A stretch of 64,000 nucleotides of DNA from Candidatus Micrarchaeota archaeon (GCA_021817325.1 JAKAVK010000007.1:116-64115); one strand, 5' to 3'; positions 9,845 to 19,506 are shown, counted from the first letter of the stretch. The notes: generated from the sequence alone by a model not told the origin. Program-made: numbers and translations.

Positions 9845-10278
9845 ATGCCGGCAAAGACGCTGCCTCTGAAAATAGGTGTGGATGCGGGATGGCAGGAGAT
9901 CGTCTGGAACGGGCTGCGCAACCTAAACAGGTACTACTGGAGGCCGGCATTCACCGTGCAGGTGGGCCAGGGCAGCGAGACCGACGATGACAACTGGGAT
10001 ACGGTGGCCATGATAAACAGGCTGAGCAACTCTGTAGTAGACGGCAGGCCATTCGAGTTCACGGTATCGCCGTTGTACAACATGCCCCTTGGCAGGATAA
10101 AGGCCAGGCGCGTGGACGGCACGCAGCTGAGCAAATCAATGCTTGCAGTTTACTACGCCGCGCACAGACACCTTGCGAAAATGGCTGGAAGGTCGACTTG
10201 GAGAAAGCGAAAGTCCACGGCCTGCCATCAGGCGGGAAGGCAATCGAGTCTTGGGCGGTGGCAAAGAACACGCTCTAG
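9845..10278 (+). pseudogene. Hypothetical gene with an apparent 1-nt frameshift near 10178-10181
   Basis: Frame 0 reads MPAKTLPLKIG...HRHLAK; the -1 frame continues NGWKVDLEKAKVHGLPSGGKAIESWAVAKNTL* and ends at 10278, abutting the convergent gene's stop at 10279. Confidence 0.6.
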
Positions 10279-10890
10279 TCATCTGGTCAGCAGCGAGACC
10301 ACAATGTCCTCGAAGAAGAAGTGCACCTTCTCTGTCCTTGAAACCCTAAAGCCCTGCCTCTTTATCTCCTCATCCAGCATCTTGGTGTTGCTAAGCGAGC
10401 TGTGTACAAGTACTATCGCGCCTGTCTGTTTCAGGCAGCCGCCTGCCTGCTTCAGAAACTCAATCGAGACTTCCACGCCGTTCCTGCCGCCATCGAATGC
10501 CTCCTTAAGGGTTTCGCCCTCGCCTCTGTGCCTAAGATAAGGCGGGTTGAATATTATGAGATCGTACTGGCTGAGAAGGCCGCTGAGCAGATTGCACTCC
10601 TTGTAGTCGCATCTCGCTACGACGCTGTTCCTGTTGCTGTTTACGTTTGCCTCAGCAAGCCTGACCGCATCACTGTTCACGTCGGCGAATGTGACCTCCT
10701 TCACCTTCTCGTTCATCGCCGCGACAAGGCCGAGCAGGCCTGTGCCTGTGCCCACGTCAAGAACCTTCAGCCCCCTATACGCTATGTCGCCAAGATAGCT
10801 CTCAACCATTCCTGCTGCGAGCGTGGAATCTTCAGCGGGCTCGTAGACCCTCTCAGAAGTCTCCAGCCGCAGTGCCTTGTAGTGGAACAT
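10279..10890 (-). CDS. HemK2/Mtq2-like N5-glutamine protein methyltransferase
   Basis: VYEPAEDS, LDVGTGTG, FNPPY and DGG..G motifs. Confidence 0.92.
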   Translation of the reverse strand: MFHYKALRLETSERVYEPAEDSTLAAGMVESYLGDIAYRGLKVLDVGTGTGLLGLVAAMNEKVKEVTFADVNSDAVRLAEANVNSNRNSVVARCDYKECNLLSGLLSQYDLIIFNPPYLRHRGEGETLKEAFDGGRNGVEVSIEFLKQAGGCLKQTGAIVLVHSSLSNTKMLDEEIKRQGFRVSRTEKVHFFFEDIVVSLLTR

Positions 10891-10977
10891 TCAATCACCA
10901 TACGCCTTCTGTGTGGGCTACGATAAAGAATAAACCCTTATCTATCTTTCATAGTTTATAAGTATTTGTGAGTTTGC

Positions 10978-12756
10978 ATGCTCTTCGAGGAGGTTGCCGC
11001 CTGCTATGATAAACTGGAAGGTACATCGTCAAGGCTTGCCATGATAGACATACTCACCGAGCTGTTCAGGAAGGCCGGCAAGGACGAGGTACGCAACCTG
11101 ATCTACATGTCGCAAGGCTCACTTGGTCCGGCATATGAGGCCCTGCAGCTGGGCATAGCCGAGAAGTTTGCAGAGGCCGCGATAGCCAGTGCAACTGGCT
11201 TCGAGAAGGCTCAGGTGCACGATGCATACAAGAAGAGCGGTGACATGGGCATTGCCGCGGAGGAGTTCGCGAAGAAGACAAGGCTGAAGAGGATGTCGAA
11301 GAGAAAGTTCTCGGTCAACGACATCTTCGAATCAATGCTCCGGATAGCCGGAACAGCCGGCCAGGGCAGCCAGGACACCAAGATAAAGATGCTTGTCGAG
11401 ATGCTCGCAGCATCAACTCCGCTCGAGGCAAGATATGTGATAAGGTTCGCGCTCGGGCAGCTGCGCCTTGGGGCGGGAGACGCTACAATACTCGAGGCGC
11501 TCTCAAAATCCGCGACAGGGGAGCGCGAGTTCAAGGCCCAGTTGGAGAATGCATACAACATCTGCGGCGATCTGGGCAAGGTTGGCGATGTGCTTGCGCG
11601 CGAGGGGGTCAAGGGAATCGAGCACATGAAGGTCTCGCTCTTCAACCCTATAAGGCCGGAACTTGCCGAGAGGCTGCCAACAGCAGGACAGATACTGGAG
11701 AAGATGGGCGGCAAGTGCATGGTGGAATCAAAGTACGACGGCCTGCGCGCGCAGCTCCACATCGACAGGAAGGCGAAGAAGGTGGAGATATTCTCAAGGA
11801 ACCTGGAACGGCTTACCGAGATGTTCCCTGAGATCGTCAAGGCCGCACTCGACGAGATAAAGGCGGACAAGGTCATCATAGAGGGGGAGGCCATCGCATA
11901 CGATGACGTAACCGGGGAGTTCAGGCCTTTCCAGGAAACGATACAGAGAAAGAGGAAGCACGGGATAGAGGAGCTGAGCGAGTCCATGCCCCTGCACCTC
12001 TTCGCATTCGACCTGATGTACATAGACGGCGAGGACTGGATGGGAAGGCCTTACGAGGAGCGCAGGAAGAAGCTCGGATCGATAATAAAGGAGGGAGGCA
12101 GAATAAGGCTCTCCGACAGCACGACGGTCACACAGCCAAAGCAGCTTGACAGGTACTTCGAGCGTATGGTGGGCCAGGGCCTCGAGGGAATAGTGGCCAA
12201 GGATCTCCGCTCAAGCTACGTCGCAGGTGCAAGGAAGTTTAGCTGGATAAAGCTCAAGAGGAGCTACCGTGGCGAGCTCTCTGATACCGTGGACCTTGTC
12301 ATACTGGGCTACTACCTCGGGAGGGGAATGAGGGCCCGGTTTGAGTTTGGGGGCCTGCTCAGCGGCGTCTACAACGAGGAGAGGGACACATTCGAGACTA
12401 TTACAAAGATAGGCACCGGATTCAGCGAGGAGCTGATGAGGAATTTCAAGACGATGCTCGACAAGATAAAGGTGGCCAGGAGGCCTGCAAGGGTCGACTC
12501 GCTGCTGGAGCCCGACTTCTGGGTGAACCCGCAGTACGTGATAGAGGTTCGCGCCGACGAGATAACAAGGAGCCCGATGCACACATGCGGCAAACCTGGC
12601 GACGGGAGCGAGGAACCGGGCTATGCACTCAGGTTTCCGCGCATAATAAGCAACGGCGTGAGGGCGGATAAGAGGGCCGAGCAGGCCACGACAACAAAGG
12701 AGATAATCGAGATGTACGGCCAGCAGAAGAAGATAAGGGTCGAGGACGTCAGATAA
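10978..12756 (+). CDS. lig: ATP-dependent DNA ligase
   Basis: 592 aa; ESKYDG adenylation motif, FAFDLMY, EGIVAK, WIKLK and ALRFPR. Confidence 0.97.
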   Translation: MLFEEVAACYDKLEGTSSRLAMIDILTELFRKAGKDEVRNLIYMSQGSLGPAYEALQLGIAEKFAEAAIASATGFEKAQVHDAYKKSGDMGIAAEEFAKKTRLKRMSKRKFSVNDIFESMLRIAGTAGQGSQDTKIKMLVEMLAASTPLEARYVIRFALGQLRLGAGDATILEALSKSATGEREFKAQLENAYNICGDLGKVGDVLAREGVKGIEHMKVSLFNPIRPELAERLPTAGQILEKMGGKCMVESKYDGLRAQLHIDRKAKKVEIFSRNLERLTEMFPEIVKAALDEIKADKVIIEGEAIAYDDVTGEFRPFQETIQRKRKHGIEELSESMPLHLFAFDLMYIDGEDWMGRPYEERRKKLGSIIKEGGRIRLSDSTTVTQPKQLDRYFERMVGQGLEGIVAKDLRSSYVAGARKFSWIKLKRSYRGELSDTVDLVILGYYLGRGMRARFEFGGLLSGVYNEERDTFETITKIGTGFSEELMRNFKTMLDKIKVARRPARVDSLLEPDFWVNPQYVIEVRADEITRSPMHTCGKPGDGSEEPGYALRFPRIISNGVRADKRAEQATTTKEIIEMYGQQKKIRVEDVR

Positions 12757-12763
12757 GGTGCCC

Positions 12764-12922
12764 ATGCAGGCAATAGCCATCCTTGGAAGTGCTGAGGGAT
12801 CTGATGAGCCAGGCTCGTTTGCAGACGTGCCAGGAGGCCTGTGGAACTCGCGCAGTGGGCCGCTGCCCAGCTGCAGGGCGATGGGCAGTAGGAAGACTGT
12901 GCGTCTGTTTGGGGCGGCCTAG
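12764..12922 (+). CDS. Possible small ORF (52 aa)
   Basis: AGGTG upstream of ATG; MQAIAILGSAEG...VRLFGAA* fills the lig-ogt gap; no motif. Confidence 0.3.
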   Translation: MQAIAILGSAEGSDEPGSFADVPGGLWNSRSGPLPSCRAMGSRKTVRLFGAA

Positions 12923-13233
12923 CCCTGCCTTATTGCGCCTTCCTCCCTAAGCATCCTTATCTTGCCCTGCCTTCCTCCCTTTCCGGAGTAGTTGCCATAT
13001 CCCCCATCGCTTCTTATCACCCTGTGGCATGGAACGTAAGGCGCCAGCGGGTTCTTCCTCACCGCTGTACCAACTGCCCTGTATGCCCTAGGTCTGCCTG
13101 CCATCGCAGCCAGCTTCTTGTATGTGACCGTCTGTCCTCTGGGTACGTCCATCAACTTTGTAAGTACCTTCTTCTGGAAAGCGGTAAGTCCGCCATCCGA
13201 ATTCAACCTCTCAAGTATCTCCTTTCTCCTCAT
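12919..13233 (-). CDS. ogt: Methylated-DNA--protein-cysteine methyltransferase (single domain)
   Basis: T.FQ..V, G.T.TY..LA, RAVG.A and PCHRVI active site; ATG 13233 preferred over 13329. Confidence 0.93.
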   Translation of the reverse strand: MRRKEILERLNSDGGLTAFQKKVLTKLMDVPRGQTVTYKKLAAMAGRPRAYRAVGTAVRKNPLAPYVPCHRVIRSDGGYGNYSGKGGRQGKIRMLREEGAIRQG

Positions 13234-13361
13234 AAACAAATCATCCGCTCTAAAACCATAAAAAGCCAGCGTCCCTATTCCATAATCATGGCATTTGCTC
13301 CTGCGCTGACCCCCCTTAAATAAGCGCATCTTCCATGATTTTCGTATATTTGTAGCTGTAT

Positions 13362-13392
13362 CTTTTACTCAAGTAAATAACTTTTACTCAAG
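13362..13392. repeat. Direct repeat CTTTTACTCAAG x2 upstream of the ftsZ pair
   Basis: 12-bp exact copies at 13362 and 13381; the first is part of a TTTAC-N4-GTAAA inverted repeat. Confidence 0.8.
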
Positions 13393-13469
13393 GTAATACA
13401 TTCCGGTAAAAGCGGCCTCTGCAAAAGATATTTAAATGTATTTATAATACTTGTATCACAGGCGATCGG

Positions 13470-14516
13470 ATGGTAGACTTCACGAATGAGTTGTTAGGTG
13501 GAAAAAGTCAGGAGGACGCATCAATGTCCCCGCAGATAAAGATAGTGACCATAGGAGTGGGAGGCGGAGGAAACAACACAGTCAACAGGCTATTAAAAGT
13601 CGGCGTAAAAGGCACCGATCTCATCGCTGTCAACACCGATGTCACGCACTTCAAGATAATAGACGACAGGATCAAGAAGATACTGATAGGAAAATCAATA
13701 ACCAAGGGACTTGGCGCAGGGGGCGACCCTGAGATAGGCGCAAAGGCCGCTGAGGTGGACAGGTCGGCACTCGAAGAGGTTCTCTACGGCGCGCAGCTCG
13801 TCTTCCTATGCGCTGGCATGGGAGGAGGCAGCGGAACTGGAGCAATGCCTGTCATAGCGCAGATTGCAAAAGAGCAGGGCGCAATAGTCGTCTCGATGGT
13901 AACATATCCTTTCGACCTGGAGAGAGTGAGAAAGGTAAAGGCAGAGGAGGGAATACAGAGGCTCAGGAAGTACAGCGACAGCGTTATCATACTGGACAAC
14001 AACAGGCTGGTCAAGCTTGTACCCAACCTTCCTATGAACGAGGCGTTTGCAGTTGCAGATGACATACTGGCGAAGGCGATAGGGGGCCTCGTATGGACAA
14101 TAACCCAGCCAAGCCTGATCAACATAGACTTTGCAGACGTACGCTCAATAATGGGCAGCGGGGATGTGGGTTTCATCTCGGTTGGCACAGGGAAAGGGAA
14201 TGACAAAGTGACTGCCGCAGCAGAAGCCGTGCTGAAGAACAAGCTTCTCGATGTTGACTTCGAGAATGCAAAGGGCGCGCTGATACACATATCAGGAGCA
14301 TCAGACCTCTCGCTGGGCGATGCCATAAAGGCTGGAGAGGTAATCACAGAGCGCATGGATCCAAAAGCCAATGTAAAGTGGGGCGCGAGGATCATTCCGG
14401 GATACGAGGGCCAGATAGAGATAGTTGCCATAGTGACCGGGGTCAGGGGATCAAGCATAGTGGGAAGGTTCCAGGAACGCCAGGAGACTGCGTACACCGG
14501 CCTCGACACGATATAA
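13470..14516 (+). CDS. ftsZ: Cell division protein FtsZ (paralogue A)
   Basis: GVGGGGNN, NTD, GAGGDP, GGGSGTG signature and INIDFAD T7 loop. Confidence 0.97.
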   Translation: MVDFTNELLGGKSQEDASMSPQIKIVTIGVGGGGNNTVNRLLKVGVKGTDLIAVNTDVTHFKIIDDRIKKILIGKSITKGLGAGGDPEIGAKAAEVDRSALEEVLYGAQLVFLCAGMGGGSGTGAMPVIAQIAKEQGAIVVSMVTYPFDLERVRKVKAEEGIQRLRKYSDSVIILDNNRLVKLVPNLPMNEAFAVADDILAKAIGGLVWTITQPSLINIDFADVRSIMGSGDVGFISVGTGKGNDKVTAAAEAVLKNKLLDVDFENAKGALIHISGASDLSLGDAIKAGEVITERMDPKANVKWGARIIPGYEGQIEIVAIVTGVRGSSIVGRFQERQETAYTGLDTI

Positions 14517-14596
14517 GAAAGGAGCAATAGGCATAAGATAATCAAGTTTGCAGCTTTTTTTCTTGGCTGCATTTATCTTTAAATGGTGACCAGGAA

Positions 14597-15616
14597 ATGT
14601 CGAACGACTTTGACTACGATTCGTTCTCACCGAAAACAGCGGTGGTGGGCGTTGGGGGACAGGGAAGCAACCTAGTGAACAGGCTCTTCAGCCATGGCAT
14701 AAAGAGTGCAGATACGATAGCGGTTAACACCGATATCGGGCATTTGAATATGATCAAGGCTCACAAGAAGATACTGATAGGCAGGGAGATAACAAACGGT
14801 CTTGGGGCCGGTGGATTTCCAGAGGTAGCTGCAAAGTGCGCCGACATGTCCAGAGCGGAGCTCGAGAAGGCGCTGGAGGGCTACAATCTTGTTTTTGTTG
14901 CTGCAGGAATGGGTGGCGGGACGGGAACCGGCGCCGCGCCTATAGTCTCGAAGGTAGCCAGGGAGATGGGTGCAACAGTTATAGCTACAGTAACCTTTCC
15001 ATTCGCGCTAGAGAGGTCAAGGAAGCTCAAGGCTGAATGGGGATTGGAGCAGCTGCAGAAGCAGGCAGACTGCGTGATAGTGATAGAGAACGACAGGCTT
15101 CTCTCATACGTGCCTAACCTTCCCATAGAAAAGGCGTTCGAGCTTGTGGACAACATCACCGGGAACGCTGTCAAGGGGATAGCAGACACTATAACTCTTC
15201 CAAGCCTGATAAACCTGGACTACGCTGACCTAAGGAACATAGTCAGGGACACCGGCACAGCTGTGATAAGCATAGGCGTTGGGAGCGGCCACGATAAAGT
15301 GGAACAGGCAATAAAGTTGACAAGGACCCATCCGTTGCTCAATGTTGACTACGAGGGCGCAAAGGGCGCTCTTGTCCATGTGATAGGCGGCACGAACCTC
15401 ACCATAGGCGATGCAACAAGAATAGGGAACGGGGTCACTGAGCAGCTCGCCCCAGATGCCAACGTGATCTTCGGGGCCAGGATGGTGCCTGAATTGCACG
15501 ACCAGATACGCGTAATGTCTGTTGTGACGGGCGTCAAGGCCAACTTCGGCGTGAAGGGAGACAGTGAGGCTTACACTCCGTCAATGCGGATGGAGAGCCT
15601 CGAGACGCTCTACTAA
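14597..15616 (+). CDS. ftsZ: Cell division protein FtsZ (paralogue B)
   Basis: GVGGQGSN, NTD, GAGGFP, GGGTGTG signature and INLDYAD T7 loop. Confidence 0.97.
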   Translation: MSNDFDYDSFSPKTAVVGVGGQGSNLVNRLFSHGIKSADTIAVNTDIGHLNMIKAHKKILIGREITNGLGAGGFPEVAAKCADMSRAELEKALEGYNLVFVAAGMGGGTGTGAAPIVSKVAREMGATVIATVTFPFALERSRKLKAEWGLEQLQKQADCVIVIENDRLLSYVPNLPIEKAFELVDNITGNAVKGIADTITLPSLINLDYADLRNIVRDTGTAVISIGVGSGHDKVEQAIKLTRTHPLLNVDYEGAKGALVHVIGGTNLTIGDATRIGNGVTEQLAPDANVIFGARMVPELHDQIRVMSVVTGVKANFGVKGDSEAYTPSMRMESLETLY

Positions 15617-15667
15617 ACACTGCACAGCCATGGATAATCCTTCTTGGTTAGCCATGCGCATCTTCTG

Positions 15668-16924
15668 CTATACCCTGTCCAGTCCTCTCATGTAGCCTGC
15701 GATCCTGGACTTGTACCGCCTCGGTACATAGATCCTCGCATCATAAAGCCTCCTCTTGCCTATTACCTGCATTATGAGGCCGTGGCTGTCTGTAATTTTC
15801 CTGCCATGACCCCTGCCCCCCACAAAGATCGGTGTCCTGTCATCTACAAGGCCCAGGTCCCTGACGTAAGCTGGGAAGATCCACTCTGCAGGCACGCCCG
15901 CCTCAGCTGCAAAACTCTCCCGCCTGTGGTCATCATACTCCATCTCCTTTACGACCAGGTTCGCCTGTGATCTCTCACGCTCCTCTGGGATCACGTTCAT
16001 GAATGCAGCCGAGAGCGGTTTCCTGAGCAGGAACATCCTGACCAGCTCCCTAAGCTGCGCATCCTTCCCGTCCCGCGCATAGCCGTGCATCGCCGAGTAG
16101 ACCATGTGGTCGTCGTATGCTAGTATCTCAGACTCATCTGCCGAGCCAAGGATGTCGTTTGGATGCCTTATCACGTTCTCTTCCACAAACCTCTCGAATA
16201 TCCTGCTGGCCATGACATAGAAGGCTGTGACCGTCTTGTGGTGGTATACCGACCTGTACATGTGGTATCTGCCCACAAGAAAGCTCTCTACAGCCTCGTC
16301 GTCCTTGCCGAATACAATCCTGCCCCTCTCAAACGAGGCGTTGCGTATCAGCCTCTGTAGGCCGACCCTGCCGTATCCGACTCCTGTATGGTAGGCATCC
16401 CTGAGGAGGTAATCCGACTTGTCTGCGTCGAAGGCAGAGGAGAGCAGCATCCCTAGCGGGTCACGGTTCTCCCCTCTTATCATGGCGGTTATCTTCCCTA
16501 TGCCATATGGGGAGAGCAGCTCCTTGTAGAAACCGCCAAGCAGCGCTGTCCCGAACCTGGTGTGACTGCTGCCGCCCATCTTCCGTGTTATCACGTTCTC
16601 CAGCGTATGTGACATCGGATAGTGGCCTATGTCATGCAGCAGTGCGGCAAGCCTCATCGTCTGTATTGTATCCGGATCTTCTGTTATAGGCGCCCCGCCG
16701 CTCCTAACATGCTGGAGGAACTGGTCCATCACGAACATTGTCCCCAGGCAGTGCTCGAAGCGCGTATGCGTTGCGCCAGGATATACCAGGTTTGCAGGCC
16801 CCAGCTGCGCCACGTTCCTGAGCCTTTGGAAGAGCGGCGTGTCGACCACCTGCAGCTCTACCTCTGTCAGGCCTATGTATCCGTGCACGTTGTCATATAT
16901 CTGCTTCTGGGTCTTCAGGACCAT
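15668..16924 (-). CDS. HD-domain phosphohydrolase (SAMHD1/dNTPase-like)
   Basis: D.VHG.I, FQRLR..QLG, HTRFEH, LLHDIGH.P.SH, DAD..DYL.RD and VY.HK motifs. Confidence 0.93.
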   Translation of the reverse strand: MVLKTQKQIYDNVHGYIGLTEVELQVVDTPLFQRLRNVAQLGPANLVYPGATHTRFEHCLGTMFVMDQFLQHVRSGGAPITEDPDTIQTMRLAALLHDIGHYPMSHTLENVITRKMGGSSHTRFGTALLGGFYKELLSPYGIGKITAMIRGENRDPLGMLLSSAFDADKSDYLLRDAYHTGVGYGRVGLQRLIRNASFERGRIVFGKDDEAVESFLVGRYHMYRSVYHHKTVTAFYVMASRIFERFVEENVIRHPNDILGSADESEILAYDDHMVYSAMHGYARDGKDAQLRELVRMFLLRKPLSAAFMNVIPEERERSQANLVVKEMEYDDHRRESFAAEAGVPAEWIFPAYVRDLGLVDDRTPIFVGGRGHGRKITDSHGLIMQVIGKRRLYDARIYVPRRYKSRIAGYMRGLDRV

Positions 16925-16978
16925 GGCAAACAGCCTATAACGGAATATGCCGTGCTGCTATAAAATAGGCATGCATGG

Positions 16979-18583
16979 CTAGTTGAGCGAAGGAGTCTGG
17001 ATCCCGTACCTGCCCTCGTACAGGCCGGATCCCTCTCCGCCTGCCGCGATCTCATCGGAATACTGCACGTCGCGTTTCGCGCATAGCCTGCTCCTCTCGC
17101 TCATTGCAAAATCATATATCTCCTTCGGCTTTCCCGCAAGCGAGCCGATCGCCTCAAGCGCCTTGTCAAGCTCCGTGCCTCCAGAGGTCATGTCCCGGTA
17201 CGCCGCTGCGGTGATATACCCTGTGACAGCATCAAACACCTCCTGCTTGTCCGAGAACCTGTCCCGCGTCTCCTGCACCAGCGGCCTTTCCAGCATATCG
17301 CAGAACCTGATGGCTCTGTGTGCAGTGGAATTGCAATCTACGCCATTTAGCACCTCCTGTATGTCATCCATCGCATCTGGAATGCCCTTGTACTTCACCA
17401 TGAGTCCAAGCAGCCTGTCGGTTGCCTCGTCAATCCTTCCAGGCCCTTCCATTTCTCCTATGCCTCTTGCGCATATGAACCCCTCCGCAAGCTGCTGGCC
17501 GCGATAACGGAACTCTCCTTCGTCAAGAACCTTTGCCATCTCGCGGAGTGCTGTAGAGAGCGGATCGCTCGCGATCTCGATGGCCAGCTTCCAGCTGAGC
17601 CCCTCCCACACGTCATAATCATCATCGATGTCAGAGAGGACATTGGAGCAGGCAGTATGCAGTATGCCGGCAGCAGCAGGCAAATCGGAATAATGCATAA
17701 GGGCTACGGCGAACGGATCCCTGCCTGCATCTACCATGCCCCTGAGGATCTCCTCAAATTCGGCGCGCATCTGCCCGTTCCTAACAACGCTATAGAGAGG
17801 ATCGCCTGCGTTGCCCCGATCGGTGTTCTCCTCGATGAAATACAGGATATTGCTCATCACCTCCCCTGCGACCATCGGCGCCTTCCCATACTCAAGTACG
17901 GTCACGATCAATTCCTGCCGCCACCTGTTCCCACCGGGGAGGGAGTCAACCTCTGTTATCGCTCGCATGGTGTTCACCAGCGCTATAAACTTATCCTCAG
18001 TCACACCGCCGTCGAGGAACATGTGCACCACCGCCTTTGCACTGCTGCGGCCGCACATAGCCAGTATATCCTTAACCTCCGGATCCGAAGCTGCACCGTG
18101 ATCCATCACATATGTATCGAAGATGAAATTCGCAATGCCGGCCGCTATCTCCGGAGACTCCCTGTAGCTGCCCACCGCTGCTGCCTCCTCCTTTCCATTC
18201 ATCTTCCCAAGCGCAGCAGAGATCCCGGCAATGCCTGTCAGGGAACCGGAAAGATTCTCTGCGCCAAGCCAATTGGTGACGTTCTCGATGAAAGAGATCC
18301 TGGCAGGTCCTTCAATGCCGCAGGCAATAACTGCCCTGCCCAGCCTCTCGGCAAGCTCAATGCCATCCTTGTCCTGTGCCACCGCAGCGGCAAGCTCGTT
18401 CACCTTGCCAAGAAGTTGTCTATCGCCATGGGCAGTGATATCCAGCAGCTCATCAAGTCTTGCCACGAAAATCGCCTTCCTGTCCCTGGCGCCCAATCGT
18501 CTAAGCTCCAAGAAAATACACCTCCTCATTGGTCCAAAAAGGTTTCGATGAAAGCCAATGCAATATCTACTGGCAATCACCAT
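16979..18583 (-). CDS. Hypothetical acidic alpha-helical protein with degenerate internal repeats
   Basis: 534-aa ORF, start uncertain (possibly about 18529); recurring Y-x3-P-x2-A/M motif. Confidence 0.75.
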   Translation of the reverse strand: MVIASRYCIGFHRNLFGPMRRCIFLELRRLGARDRKAIFVARLDELLDITAHGDRQLLGKVNELAAAVAQDKDGIELAERLGRAVIACGIEGPARISFIENVTNWLGAENLSGSLTGIAGISAALGKMNGKEEAAAVGSYRESPEIAAGIANFIFDTYVMDHGAASDPEVKDILAMCGRSSAKAVVHMFLDGGVTEDKFIALVNTMRAITEVDSLPGGNRWRQELIVTVLEYGKAPMVAGEVMSNILYFIEENTDRGNAGDPLYSVVRNGQMRAEFEEILRGMVDAGRDPFAVALMHYSDLPAAAGILHTACSNVLSDIDDDYDVWEGLSWKLAIEIASDPLSTALREMAKVLDEGEFRYRGQQLAEGFICARGIGEMEGPGRIDEATDRLLGLMVKYKGIPDAMDDIQEVLNGVDCNSTAHRAIRFCDMLERPLVQETRDRFSDKQEVFDAVTGYITAAAYRDMTSGGTELDKALEAIGSLAGKPKEIYDFAMSERSRLCAKRDVQYSDEIAAGGEGSGLYEGRYGIQTPSLN

Positions 18584-18651
18584 TTTTATAATTATCCTAT
18601 GTAGGCGGGAGAGAATGCGCGTGCGGGATTGGAAGGGAATGTTTAAAAGAG

Positions 18652-19026
18652 GTGCATAAGATAGAGAAGCGCAGGTGTGGGCCAGTGACGCGGATTGCCG
18701 GGCGCAGGTCGATCAGGAGGGCGAGGTACCTGAGCATGCTTGCAGACGATGCCAGGAGGGCCGGCATTGAGGACTGTGCTGCAGGCGCGCTGCGCTTCGC
18801 AGTGCGCAAAGACCTGGAAGTGGTCGACATATTCAGCATGGCCGCAAGGGACGTAAGGGGGATACTGCCCAACGAGGCGAAACACCTCCACAAGCTTGCC
18901 AGGAGGCACAGGAGGTACGCAATGCAGACGCGCAGCCTTGCCGCCACCATGGAGATGGATACAGAAAGGCGGTACAGGCAGTACGTTGATGCGGTTAACG
19001 CGCGCAGCGACCAGGCACGCGGGTAG
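18652..19026 (+). CDS. Hypothetical protein
   Basis: 124-aa basic helical ORF filling the gap before aIF5A; start uncertain. Confidence 0.5.
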   Translation: MHKIEKRRCGPVTRIAGRRSIRRARYLSMLADDARRAGIEDCAAGALRFAVRKDLEVVDIFSMAARDVRGILPNEAKHLHKLARRHRRYAMQTRSLAATMEMDTERRYRQYVDAVNARSDQARG

Positions 19027-19080
19027 GCGCTTAACAAGAAGCTTTTTTAACTTGAATCCTCATTAAAATAACGTGATTTA

Positions 19081-19485
19081 TTGCCAGAAGACATTATGTA
19101 CGCATCAATGAAGGACATAAAGGTCGGTCGGTTCATACTAATAGATGGTATTCCATGCAGGGTAGTCAACCTGGAGTTCTCTGCTCCAGGGAAGCACGGG
19201 TCGGCCAAGGTCCGGGTCACCGCGATGGGTTTATTCGACAATTCGAAGAGGACGCTTCTCGCGCCAAGCCATGCGGATGTCGAGGTGCCGATAATAAACA
19301 AGAAGAAGGCGCAGGTGGTCTCGCTGACAGACACAAGCGCGCAGATGATGGACCTGGAGACGTATGATACTTACGAGGTGCCTGTGCCGGAAGACCTGAG
19401 GGCAGTCATCAAGGCAGGCTCAGAGGTGGAGATAATAGAGAGCATGGGCAAGCGGGCAATAGGCAGGGTAATAGGGCAGGGATAG
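19081..19485 (+). CDS. eif5A: Translation factor aIF5A
   Basis: PGKHGSAK hypusine loop and Q.MDLETY; TTG start. Confidence 0.96.
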   Translation: MPEDIMYASMKDIKVGRFILIDGIPCRVVNLEFSAPGKHGSAKVRVTAMGLFDNSKRTLLAPSHADVEVPIINKKKAQVVSLTDTSAQMMDLETYDTYEVPVPEDLRAVIKAGSEVEIIESMGKRAIGRVIGQG

Positions 19486-19506
19486 AAGGGATAGGAAGGC
19501 GATTGA

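Noticed and set aside
10279-10540. C-terminal extension of the 251-aa ORF 9785..10540
   Set aside because: It is antisense to the methyltransferase gene and better explained by the frameshift near 10180.
12800-12830. CTGATGAG resembling a hammerhead ribozyme core
   Set aside because: No GAAA element after a stem II and no flanking stems I/III.
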